64,000 nucleotides of DNA from Chloroflexota bacterium (GTDB lineage Bacteria; Chloroflexota; Limnocylindria; Limnocylindrales; CSP1-4), in the NCBI GenBank assembly GCA_021802585.1, contig JAJZRQ010000003.1, positions 2,048 to 66,047 of the forward strand, written 5' to 3'. A program made the translations under genes and the position numbers. The notes under the pieces are model-generated. The model was not told the origin of the DNA. It made no database searches and saw only the letters and a program-made list of their open reading frames with translations. Positions 17,922 through 26,103 of the stretch are shown in pieces. Every line of letters starts with the position of its first letter. The first letter of the stretch is position 1.

Positions 17922-19154
17922 GTGAGCCCGAGCGTCGCTGTCGGGCTCGTCGTGATCGCCGCCGGCGCGCTGGGCGGCGTGCCGGGGGTCGCGATCCTCG
18001 GCGCCCTCGCGGTCACCATTTCCTGGCTCTCCGAACTGTGGAGTCGCCACGGGCTCGCCCGGGTCACGTACACGCGCCGCCTGACCCGCGACCGCGCGGT
18101 GTGGGGCGACCGGGTCGCCCTCGACGTCACGGTCCACAACGCGAAGCTCCTCCCGCTCGGCTGGCTCCAGGCCGACGACTTCGCCAGCGAGTCGCTCGTC
18201 GTCGAGGAGCGGCCGCTCCTGCCGAGCGACCGGCCGGGCCTCGGGATCCTCCGGAACGTCTGGGCCCTCGGCCCGTTCGAGCGGGTGGACCGGCGGGTCC
18301 ACGTCGTCGCCGACCACCGCGGCCGCTACGAGCTCTCGCGGGTCGCGCTCAGCGTCGCGGACCTCTTCGGGCGCGCCGTCGCGACCGCGGAGTCGACGCA
18401 GCCGGCCCACCTCATCGTCCGGCCGCGGACCGTCCCGGTCCGGTCGGAGGCCGCGAGCGTCACCCTCGAGGGGGCGCGCCGCGCCCGACGCGGGCTCCAC
18501 GAGGATCCGGCGCTCTTCGCCGGCGTCCGCCCGTTCCAGCCGGGCGACTCCCGGCGCCGGGTCCACGCCCGCGCGTCCGCCCGCGTCGGGCGGCCCGTGA
18601 GCAAGCGGTTCGAGCCCCCGATCGCGCGCGACGTCGTCGTCGCCCTCGACGTGCAGACCCACGAGGGACCGCACTGGCTCCTCGCGTACGACGAGGACGT
18701 CATGGAGTCGCTCGCCGTCACCGCCGCCTCGCTCGCGCGGCGGCTCCTCGCCGACGGGGCCGCCTGCGGGCTCGTCGCGAACGGCTGGACATGGTCGCCG
18801 GCCCACACCGCCGTCGTCGCTCCCAGGGCGGGGCAGGAGCAGCTGACGCGGATCGCCGACATGCTCGGGCGCCTCAGCTCGATCCCCTCGCTCCCGTTCG
18901 AGGACGTCCTCGCCGGCCTGCCCGCGCGCGTCCCCGGCGGGGCACTCGTGTGGATCGTGTCGTCGCGCGACGTCGCGGCGCTCGGCGGGGTGCTCCGGCG
19001 GCTCCGCGCGGCCGGGTTCGAGCTCCGGCTCGTGGCGCTCGGGCCGCACGCGGCCGCCCACGCCGCCCGGGCGCGGCGGCTCGGGATCGAGGCGGTCGTC
19101 GCCCTCCTGCGACCCGACTGGAGGTCGTGCGATGCGGTCGCCCTCGCGAGCTGA
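17922..19154 (+). CDS. DUF58 (vWA-like) protein, MoxR partner
   Basis: The motif GLHEDPALFAGVRPFQPGDSRRRVHARASAR is the DUF58 signature (e..eF.g.R.Y.pGD..r.IdW..sAR). N-terminal TM helices are present, and the gene sits directly after MoxR. Confidence 0.8.
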   Translation: MSPSVAVGLVVIAAGALGGVPGVAILGALAVTISWLSELWSRHGLARVTYTRRLTRDRAVWGDRVALDVTVHNAKLLPLGWLQADDFASESLVVEERPLLPSDRPGLGILRNVWALGPFERVDRRVHVVADHRGRYELSRVALSVADLFGRAVATAESTQPAHLIVRPRTVPVRSEAASVTLEGARRARRGLHEDPALFAGVRPFQPGDSRRRVHARASARVGRPVSKRFEPPIARDVVVALDVQTHEGPHWLLAYDEDVMESLAVTAASLARRLLADGAACGLVANGWTWSPAHTAVVAPRAGQEQLTRIADMLGRLSSIPSLPFEDVLAGLPARVPGGALVWIVSSRDVAALGGVLRRLRAAGFELRLVALGPHAAAHAARARRLGIEAVVALLRPDWRSCDAVALAS

Positions 19155-20484
19155 CCTCGGCGACCGGCTCGTCGGCCTCCTGCCCCCCGGCGCCGTGGCC
19201 GTCGCCGAGGGCGCCTGGATCGCCGTCGTCCACGCGGCCGTGACGGTCGGACTCCTCCACGGCGCAGCGGGGCCCGGCGTCGTCGCCTTCGCCGCCGCGG
19301 CCGGGCTCGGGATCGTCGCCGCGCGGCGGGCCGCGCCCGCCACGCCGGCCGGCGCGGCCTGGCGGGGAGCCGCCATCGCGGCGGCCGGTCTCGCGGGCTG
19401 GGCGGCCGATCCCGCCGTCCAGGGGTCCCTGGCGGCCGGAGCGCTGCCCGCGTCCACCGCCGCCGGGGCCACGGGACTCCTCCTCGCGCTCGCCGCCTGG
19501 CGCGGGACCCGCCACCGGGAGGCCACGGCCGACGACCTCGCCGTCGGGACGCTCCTCGCGCGAGGCGTGCCGGGCCTCGCGGTGCCGTGGATCATCGGGA
19601 GCGCATCGCCGGCGACCCGCGGGGCGTTCGGTGCGGAGGCGCTGCCGGCGACGCTCCTGTTCGTTGCCGGCGGGCTCGCGGCGATCGGCCTCACCCGGCT
19701 CGACGCCGTGAGCCGCGCGGCGGGCGTGGACTGGCGCGGACGGCGAGCATGGCCGGCGCTCATCGGCGGGGTCGTCGTCGTCGTCCTCGCGCTCGGCGTC
19801 CCCGCGGCGCTCCTCCTCGACGTCCCGCTCGCGACGCTCGTCCGGTTCGTCACCGATCCGCTGGCCCACGCCGGGACGGCCGTGTCGGACGCCCTTCGAG
19901 GGGTGATCGGGAGCGGAGGGTCGGCCGCCCCGCCGGCGCCGGCACCGGGCGTGCCGGGCCCGCCGGCCGCCGGAGGTGGCGCGGCCGTCACGGGCATCCT
20001 CGTCCTCCTCCTGGCCGCCGTTGGCGGCGTCGCCGCGGCGGCGGTCGCCCTCCTCGTTCGCGACCGCGAGTCGCGCGGCCCGCGCGTCCCGCCGCCGGCT
20101 CCGGAGCCGGCGGAGTCGCGGCGGCTCGTCCTGCCCGCGCTCCGCTTCCGCGCCCCGCGGCCGCGCCTGCCGCGGTTCGCCCGGCTCGCCGCCGAACGCC
20201 CGCGGACCGCCGCCGACGCGTATGTCCTGCTCGTCGAGGACCGCGCGACCGACCCGGCGACCGCGCGGCGCGCGGGGGAGTCGCCCTCCGCCCACGCCCG
20301 GCGCCTCCGGGCGGCGGGACGCGGCGCGCTCGGCCTGGACCTCCTCGCCGCGGACTACGCGCTCGAGCGGTACGCAGGCGTCCGGCTCACGGCGAGGGAG
20401 ACGCGGCGCGCCGCCGCCCGCTGGCGCGCGCTCCGCCGGCGGTGGCCGGTCGGTCGGCCGGCCGGCCGACGGGTGGCTCCGTGA
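19132..20484 (+). CDS. Polytopic membrane protein with C-terminal DUF4129-like domain
   Basis: Several Ala/Gly-rich TM segments are followed by a C-terminal segment ...ESPSAHARRLRAAG...LDLLAADYALERYAG..., as in DUF4129 proteins that follow MoxR/DUF58. It overlaps both neighbours. Confidence 0.6.
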   Translation: MRSPSRADLGDRLVGLLPPGAVAVAEGAWIAVVHAAVTVGLLHGAAGPGVVAFAAAAGLGIVAARRAAPATPAGAAWRGAAIAAAGLAGWAADPAVQGSLAAGALPASTAAGATGLLLALAAWRGTRHREATADDLAVGTLLARGVPGLAVPWIIGSASPATRGAFGAEALPATLLFVAGGLAAIGLTRLDAVSRAAGVDWRGRRAWPALIGGVVVVVLALGVPAALLLDVPLATLVRFVTDPLAHAGTAVSDALRGVIGSGGSAAPPAPAPGVPGPPAAGGGAAVTGILVLLLAAVGGVAAAAVALLVRDRESRGPRVPPPAPEPAESRRLVLPALRFRAPRPRLPRFARLAAERPRTAADAYVLLVEDRATDPATARRAGESPSAHARRLRAAGRGALGLDLLAADYALERYAGVRLTARETRRAAARWRALRRRWPVGRPAGRRVAP

Positions 20485-21998
20485 CCGAGGCCGGGCGCGC
20501 GGCCGCGCCGGCCGGCGTCGACGCGCCGTCGCCGGCGGACCCGCCGGCGCCGGTCGCACGCTGCGTCGTCTGTTCGTTCGTCGCCGACGCGGTCGACCGG
20601 CGGCTCTTCTTCCTCTTCGCCGAGTCGATCGGCGACGGCTGGTTCCTCGAGGCGATGCGCGCCGGCGGCTTCTGCCTCCGGCACGCCCGCCGGGTGTTCC
20701 GCGCGCCGGACGTCGTGGGGATGACGATCCCGATCCGGGAGCTCCTTCGCGGCTGGCGCGCCCGACGGGCCGGGGCGGCGCGCCCGGCCGGCCCGACGCC
20801 GTGGCTCGGAGGGCCGTGCCCGCTCTGCGTCACGGCCGCGTGGGCCGAGGCGCACGCCCTGTGGATCCTCGACGAGCCGGTCGTCCGCAAGGCCGCGGGC
20901 ACCCTCGGGGCCGATGGGCCGGTCTGCCTCCCCCACCTCGACCGGCGCCTCGACGCGCGGGACCCCTGGCGGATCGCCGTCGTCGCCGGCGCGATCCGGG
21001 CCCGGATCGGAGCGGCCGGGGAGGCCGGCCCCGATGCCGCGCTCGGGGCGGTCGCCGGCGACGACGTCGACCGGGTCATCCGGGGCGCTCCCGCGCCCGA
21101 GGGCGGGGACGGCGAGGCGGCGCGTCCTGGGCCGGCTGCCCCGGCAACCCTGACCGGCGCGCCAGCTGCGCCGGCGCGCAACGATGCCCGCGCCCGTGAG
21201 CGGGGCCCCGACGCCCTCGGCCGGGCGCTCGACGCGGGAGCCTGCCCGGCCTGCGCGGCGAGCGCGGCCGCGGCCCGCTGGCCGATCGCCTTCCTCGCCT
21301 CGGCCGCGCCGGGGGAGGACGTCCGCGACCTCGACCGTCTCTGCGTGCGGCACCTCCACGACGCGGCCGCGACGTCGCCCGCGGCAGCCGCCCGTGCCGT
21401 CGCCGGGTCGCTCCGCGGCTGGTGGTCCGCCATCGAGGTGCTCCCCGCTGTCGCGGACCTCCCTCCCCGGTCGCTCGCGGCGCGGGCGCGATGGCTCGCC
21501 CCGCGGGCCCTGCCGCCCGGCCGACGCCGCCCGGCGCTCGGGACGCTCGCGGAGGGGCTCGCCCGGCCGGACCGCGCGCCCCGGCGGGCGATCGCCGCGG
21601 CGCGCCTCCGCCGCTCGCGCGCGTGCGTTGCGTGCGAGGCGGCCACGACGGCCGCGGATCGCTCCCTCGCGCTCCTCGGGGCGCTCCTCGCCGGGCGCCC
21701 ATGGCGCGACCGCTTCGAACGCTCCGACGGCCTCTGCCTCCGCCACGTCGAGATCGCGCTCGGCGTCCTCGACCCATCCGCGGCGGCGGTCGTCGGCGCC
21801 GTCGCCGACGCGCGGGCGGCGCGCCTCGAGTGGGCCCTCGACGAGTCCGTCCGCCGCAGCTCGTGGTCGGTCCGCTACGAGCCGGAGGCGCCCGAGTCGG
21901 GAGCGTGGGTCGAGGCCTTCGTCTTCGTCCACGGGGAGGGCGTCCGGCGGCGGGACCTCCTCGGCCCCGACGGCGAGGGGCGGGAGCCGGCGGCGTGA
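20481..21998 (+). CDS. 505-aa protein made of four CxxC...CxxH modules (DUF6062-like repeats), unknown function
   Basis: Modules: CVVC...GGFCLRH, CPLC...GPVCLPH, CPAC...RLCVRH, CVAC...DGLCLRH. The GTG start overlaps the upstream stop (GTGA at 20481-20484) and the stop overlaps the next start (GTGA at 21995-21998). Confidence 0.65.
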   Translation: MTEAGRAAAPAGVDAPSPADPPAPVARCVVCSFVADAVDRRLFFLFAESIGDGWFLEAMRAGGFCLRHARRVFRAPDVVGMTIPIRELLRGWRARRAGAARPAGPTPWLGGPCPLCVTAAWAEAHALWILDEPVVRKAAGTLGADGPVCLPHLDRRLDARDPWRIAVVAGAIRARIGAAGEAGPDAALGAVAGDDVDRVIRGAPAPEGGDGEAARPGPAAPATLTGAPAAPARNDARARERGPDALGRALDAGACPACAASAAAARWPIAFLASAAPGEDVRDLDRLCVRHLHDAAATSPAAAARAVAGSLRGWWSAIEVLPAVADLPPRSLAARARWLAPRALPPGRRRPALGTLAEGLARPDRAPRRAIAAARLRRSRACVACEAATTAADRSLALLGALLAGRPWRDRFERSDGLCLRHVEIALGVLDPSAAAVVGAVADARAARLEWALDESVRRSSWSVRYEPEAPESGAWVEAFVFVHGEGVRRRDLLGPDGEGREPAA

Positions 21999-23329
21999 CC
22001 GCAGCGACCGACGCGCCCCTCCTCCTCGAGGTCGAGGACGCCGCCGGGCCGGGCGTCGACTTCGAGCGGGTCGGGCACGAGCTCGTCGGGCGGCGCGTCC
22101 GCCGGGGCGGCCTGTGGCTCGGGTTCGACCGCGGGGCCGTCCTCGAGACCGACGACGGGGCGGGAACGCGCCTCGCCGCGGTCGTCGCCCTGCCGGCCTC
22201 GACGCACGCGGGCTGCCGGCTCGAGGCGGAGCCGGCGGGCGGATGGCTCGCCGACGGCCGCCTCGTCGTCGTCGCGCGGCTCGCCGGCGCCCCCTCGCCC
22301 CTCCCCGCGCTCGCGCGCCTCGCCGCGGGCGTCCCCGAGGACGCGGCGTGGCTCGACGCGGCCGCCGTCGGCCGCGAGGTCCAGCACGCCCGGCAGCGAT
22401 TCCGCGAGCGCCGCGCCCATGCCCGGATCCTCGGCGGGCGGGCCTGGCACGGCGCCGGGCACGGCGCCGGGGCGAGCGTCGAGGCGAGCCGCTTCACGAC
22501 GCCGCACTCGGCCGCCGAGTACCGCCTCGACGGTCTCCCGCAGCGCTTCCTCCGGGGTCTTGCCGGCCTCCTCGACGACGACGAGCGGCTCCTCTACGCG
22601 ATCGAACGGCCGGAGGACCGGGACGCCGGGATCGTCGCCCGCACGTTCCGCCGGGAGGACCGGCGGGCGGCGCTCCTCGCCCTCACCGACCGCCAGCTCC
22701 TGTGGGTCGTCGACCATGCCGACCCGGACCGCTTCCTCGGCGATTGGGGCGTCGACGTCGAGGTCGTCCCCGTCGAGCGGATCACCGCGGTCGACGTGCT
22801 CCCCGGCCCGGGGTCGGGCATCGCGGTCGCGACCGACGGCGGGCGGCGCGCCTACCGGCTGCCGGCCGAGCTCGGCGCGGAGATCGCGGTCCTCGCGCGC
22901 CTCATCCGGCGGTTCGTCGCCGCCGCGGACGAGTCGCCGCTCCGCCGCCTCTACGGCGTCCCGGCGGTCGAGCCGGAGGAGGGCCCGCTCGACGCGTTCG
23001 GCCAGGCGGCCGAGGCCCGCGCCGCCGTGGCGGCGGAGCGGCGGGCGGTGCCGGTCCTCGGCGCCTTCTACGACCCGCGCCGGCCGGGCGTCCGGGGCCC
23101 GTCCCTCGTCGTCCTCCGCGAGGACGCGGTCGCGCTGCGCTCCGCGGCCGCGGTCCGGAGCGTCCGGCTCGACGACGTGGCGGCCCTCGGGATCACGCTC
23201 TCGGCTCTTGTCGGGCGCCTCGTCGTCCGAGGGCGGACGGAATCGCTCGACCTCCGCTTCCCAGCGCCGCTCTCGACCGGCGCGGCGGCATGGGTCCGGT
23301 CGGCCCGGCGGGCGCTCGCGAACCGCTGA
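21995..23329 (+). CDS. 444-aa hypothetical protein, terminal gene of the MoxR operon
   Basis: The start is translationally coupled. Composition is natural (for example ERLLYAIERPEDRDAGIVARTFRREDRRAALLALTDRQLLWVVDHADPDRF and ITAVDVLPGPGSGIAVATDGGRRAYRLP), suggestive of repeated PH/GRAM-like beta-sandwich units. I saw no recognisable catalytic motif. Confidence 0.55.
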   Translation: MTAATDAPLLLEVEDAAGPGVDFERVGHELVGRRVRRGGLWLGFDRGAVLETDDGAGTRLAAVVALPASTHAGCRLEAEPAGGWLADGRLVVVARLAGAPSPLPALARLAAGVPEDAAWLDAAAVGREVQHARQRFRERRAHARILGGRAWHGAGHGAGASVEASRFTTPHSAAEYRLDGLPQRFLRGLAGLLDDDERLLYAIERPEDRDAGIVARTFRREDRRAALLALTDRQLLWVVDHADPDRFLGDWGVDVEVVPVERITAVDVLPGPGSGIAVATDGGRRAYRLPAELGAEIAVLARLIRRFVAAADESPLRRLYGVPAVEPEEGPLDAFGQAAEARAAVAAERRAVPVLGAFYDPRRPGVRGPSLVVLREDAVALRSAAAVRSVRLDDVAALGITLSALVGRLVVRGRTESLDLRFPAPLSTGAAAWVRSARRALANR

Positions 23330-23363
23330 CCGCGCCGCGCGCCGCGTCGTGCCCGGGGCGATC

Positions 23364-23999
23364 TCACGACGCCTCGGCCTCCTCGCCGCGCCAGGCCTCG
23401 AGCGCCTCGCGGCCGATGAGGGCCGTCATCGCGAGGGCGGCGAGCGGATCCGCCCACCACGCTCCGACGAGGGCGTTCGCACCGATCCCGATGATGAGGA
23501 AGACGGAGAGCCAGAAGCAGGCGTCCGTCTGGAATGCGTCGGCGGCCATCGCCCGGCTGCCGAGGGCGACGCCGACCGCCCGCTTCGCGCGGGCGAGCCA
23601 GCGCATGACGGCGATCGAGGCGAGCCCGAGGGCGATCCCGACCGGGGACGGCTCCGGGCGCTCGCCGGCGGCGAGCGACGTCACGGAATCCCAGCCGATG
23701 TAGACGGCGAGGAGGACGAGCGAGGCGGCGACGAGTCGCCGGGCCCGCTGCTCGACCTGCTCGACCCGCTCCTCGTCCTCCGCCCGCCGCTCGGCGTGGA
23801 GCCGCCAGATCATCACCGAGCCCGACGCCGACTCGACGAAGCTGTCGATGCCGAAGCCGAGGAGCGCGACGGAGCCGGCGGCGATGCCGGCGGTGACCGC
23901 GACGAGGCCCTCGACGACGTTCCAGCCGACCGTCAGGTACTCGAGCCGCAGCGCCCGGCGGAGGAGACCGCGGCGCTCGCCCGTCGTCGTCGCGGTCAC
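23364..23999 (-). CDS. Short cation-efflux (CDF-related) membrane protein lacking the cytoplasmic C-terminal domain
   Basis: LEYLTVGWNVVEGLVAVTAGIAAGSVALLGFGIDSFVESASG and MAADAFQTDAC resemble TM2/TM5 metal-site helices of cation diffusion facilitators. Only 211 aa. The GTG start overlaps the czcD-like stop (GTGA). Confidence 0.6.
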   Translation of the reverse strand: MTATTTGERRGLLRRALRLEYLTVGWNVVEGLVAVTAGIAAGSVALLGFGIDSFVESASGSVMIWRLHAERRAEDEERVEQVEQRARRLVAASLVLLAVYIGWDSVTSLAAGERPEPSPVGIALGLASIAVMRWLARAKRAVGVALGSRAMAADAFQTDACFWLSVFLIIGIGANALVGAWWADPLAALAMTALIGREALEAWRGEEAEAS

Positions 24000-24889
24000 G
24001 CGTGGTGCCGCTCCTCGAGGCGGCGCCGGTCGGCCGCCTCGAGCTGGAACGTGGAGTGCTCGATGTCGAAGTCGCCGGCGAGGCAGCCGCAGAGCTCGTC
24101 GAGGACGGCCGGGGCCTCCGCTCCTTCGGCAAGCACGACGTGGGCCGAGACGACGGGCACGCCCGAGGTGATCGTCCAGGCGTGGAGGTCGTGGACGTCG
24201 ACGACGCCGTCGAGCCCGCGGATGTGGGCCCGGACCTCGTCGAGGTTCATCCCCTTCGGCGTCGCCTCGAGGAGGACGTCGGTCGCCTCGCGGAGGAGGC
24301 CCCACGTGCGCGGCAGGATGAGGAGCCCGATCGCCGCCGAGGCGACGGCGTCGGCCGCCGTCCAGCCCGTCGTGGCGATGACGACGGCGGCCACGATCAC
24401 GGCCGCCGAGCCGGCGAGGTCGCCGAGCACCTCGAGGTACGCCCCCCGCAGGTTGAGGCTCTCGCCCTGGGCCCGGCGCAGGAGGACGAGCGAGGCCGCG
24501 TTCGCGACGAGGCCGAGGACGGCGACCGCGAGCATGAGACCGGACTCGACCTCCGGCGGCTCCGCGAGGCGACGCCAGGCCTCGACGAGGACGAGGACGG
24601 CGACGCCGAAGAGGAGGACCGCGTTCGCCACGGCGGCGAGGATCTCGACGCGGAGGAAGCCGTACGTCCGGCCGTTCGACGGCGGCCGGCGGGCGAACCA
24701 GATCGCGCCGAGGGCGAGGGCGAGGCCGACGACGTCCGTGAGCATGTGGCCGGCGTCCGCGAGGAGGGCGAGGCTGTTCGCCGCGATCCCGCCGACGACC
24801 TCGACGGCGAGGACCGTCGCGGTGACCGCGAAGACGGCGGCGAGGCGCCGCCGGTGGGCGTCCGCCGCGCTGACGGGGACGTGGGGCAC
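23996..24889 (-). CDS. czcD: Cation diffusion facilitator, CzcD/ZitB-like metal efflux protein
   Basis: IAANSLALLADAGHMLTDV, LEVLGDLAGS and the C-terminal domain DVHDLHAWTITSG...HSTFQLE are typical CDF motifs. Confidence 0.85.
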   Translation of the reverse strand: MPHVPVSAADAHRRRLAAVFAVTATVLAVEVVGGIAANSLALLADAGHMLTDVVGLALALGAIWFARRPPSNGRTYGFLRVEILAAVANAVLLFGVAVLVLVEAWRRLAEPPEVESGLMLAVAVLGLVANAASLVLLRRAQGESLNLRGAYLEVLGDLAGSAAVIVAAVVIATTGWTAADAVASAAIGLLILPRTWGLLREATDVLLEATPKGMNLDEVRAHIRGLDGVVDVHDLHAWTITSGVPVVSAHVVLAEGAEAPAVLDELCGCLAGDFDIEHSTFQLEAADRRRLEERHHA

Positions 24890-24891
24890 GA

Positions 24892-25281
24892 TCAGGCCGA
24901 GGCTTCCGCGGCGTGCGTCGCCGCGTCGAGCACGAGGGCCCGGAGGTGATCGTCGACGAGGCGGTAGCGGGCGATCCGGCCGTCCTTCCGGCGGACGACG
25001 GCGCCGCGCTCGCGGAGCGTCCGGAGCTGATGCGAGAGGGCCGAGACGCTCATCCCGAGGACGAGCGCGATGTCGCAGACGCAGAGGTCCGCCTCCGCGA
25101 TCGCGAGGAGGTGGACGATCCGGGCGCGCGAGGGGTCGGCGAGGGTCGAGAAGAGGTCGGCGACCGCCGTCGAGCCCGCCGGGCCGAGGCTCCGGCCGAG
25201 GAGCGGGCGGATCGCCGCCGGGTGGAGGCACGCGACCTCGCAGCGGTCGGCGTCGATCGCCGAGGCGAACAGTTGAGCCAC
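24892..25281 (-). CDS. ArsR/SmtB-family metal-sensing repressor
   Basis: LADPSRARIVHLLAIAEADLCVCDIALVLGMSVSALSHQLRTLRERGAV is a winged HTH with the LCVCD metal-site motif. It lies immediately upstream of the CDF genes. Confidence 0.85.
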   Translation of the reverse strand: MAQLFASAIDADRCEVACLHPAAIRPLLGRSLGPAGSTAVADLFSTLADPSRARIVHLLAIAEADLCVCDIALVLGMSVSALSHQLRTLRERGAVVRRKDGRIARYRLVDDHLRALVLDAATHAAEASA

Positions 25282-25401
25282 CGCTCAAGTATTGCACGCC
25301 GCCGGCCGCCCCGCCGTGCCGGTGCGGCCGCGCCGCGCCGGTGTCCCGGCCCGGGCCCGCATGCGGTTGCGCGAACCGCGGATGTGGCGGACCCTTCGCA
25401 C

Positions 25402-26103
25402 GTGACCACGTCCCCGTCCCGCATCCTCGTCGTCGACGACGAGGCCCCGATTCTCGACCTCGTCCGCGGCTACCTCGAGCGCGAGGGGTTCACGGTGACG
25501 ACCGCGGCGGACGGCCCTTCCGCCCTCGAGGCCGTGCGGTCCGCGGCGCCCGACGTCGTGATCCTCGACGTCATGCTCCCCGGCATCGACGGGATCGAGG
25601 TCTGCCGGCGGCTGCGGACGTTCTCCGACGCGTACGTCCTCATGCTCACCGCCCGCGGCGAGGAGATCGACCGGATCGTCGGGCTGAGCGTCGGCGCCGA
25701 CGACTACCTCGTGAAGCCGTTCTCGCCGCGCGAGCTCGTGGCCCGGGTGAAGGCGCTCCTCCGCCGCCCGCGCGGGGCGGGCCCCGGCGCGGAGCCCGCC
25801 TCGCGGATCGCGGCCGGCCTCGAGATCGACGAGGCCCGCCGATCCGTCCGCGTCGACGGCCGGGCCGTGGAGCTGACGACGATCGAGTTCGACCTCCTGG
25901 CGACCCTCGCCCGCGACCCCGGCGTCGTCGTCCGGCGGCAGGCGCTCCTCGACCGCGTCTGGGGGATCGACTTCGTCGCCGACGACCATCTCGTCGACGT
26001 CCACGTCGCGAACCTCCGCCGCAAGCTCGGCGACGACCCGGCGCAGCCGCGCTTCGTCGAGACGGTCCGCGGCGTCGGCTACCGGCTCCGCGAGGAGGCG
26101 TGA
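25402..26103 (+). CDS. OmpR-family response regulator (TCS-1)
   Basis: Canonical receiver RILVVDDE...DVVILDVMLPGIDG...MLTARGEE...[10 protein letters not shown] and a winged-helix output TIEFDLL...VDVHVANLRRKL...ETVRGVGYRL. Confidence 0.9.
   Translation: MTTSPSRILVVDDEAPILDLVRGYLEREGFTVTTAADGPSALEAVRSAAPDVVILDVMLPGIDGIEVCRRLRTFSDAYVLMLTARGEEIDRIVGLSVGADDYLVKPFSPRELVARVKALLRRPRGAGPGAEPASRIAAGLEIDEARRSVRVDGRAVELTTIEFDLLATLARDPGVVVRRQALLDRVWGIDFVADDHLVDVHVANLRRKLGDDPAQPRFVETVRGVGYRLREEA

Noticed and set aside
17235-19997. 920-aa ORF antisense to the MoxR/DUF58/DUF4129 genes. Similar long antisense or alternate-frame ORFs include 2321-3778(-), 6330-8264(-), 13615-15642(-), 26079-28055(-), 36136-38565(-) beyond 37455, and 56417-59242(+)
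   Set aside because: Their translations are dominated by R, P, G and A runs with no motifs. In every case the opposite strand or frame carries a protein with clear family signatures.
21995-22300. Inorganic-pyrophosphatase-like N-terminal domain in the 444-aa unknown protein
   Set aside because: The resemblance (AGCRLEAEPAGG versus PGCvievrPiG) is too short and lacks the Asp-rich metal site, so it is likely coincidental.
25262-25300. ArsR/SmtB operator at the arsR start
   Set aside because: Only a weak 5-bp inverted repeat (TTGAG-n6-CTCAA) is present, far short of the 12-2-12 type dyads I would expect, so it is not reported as a feature.
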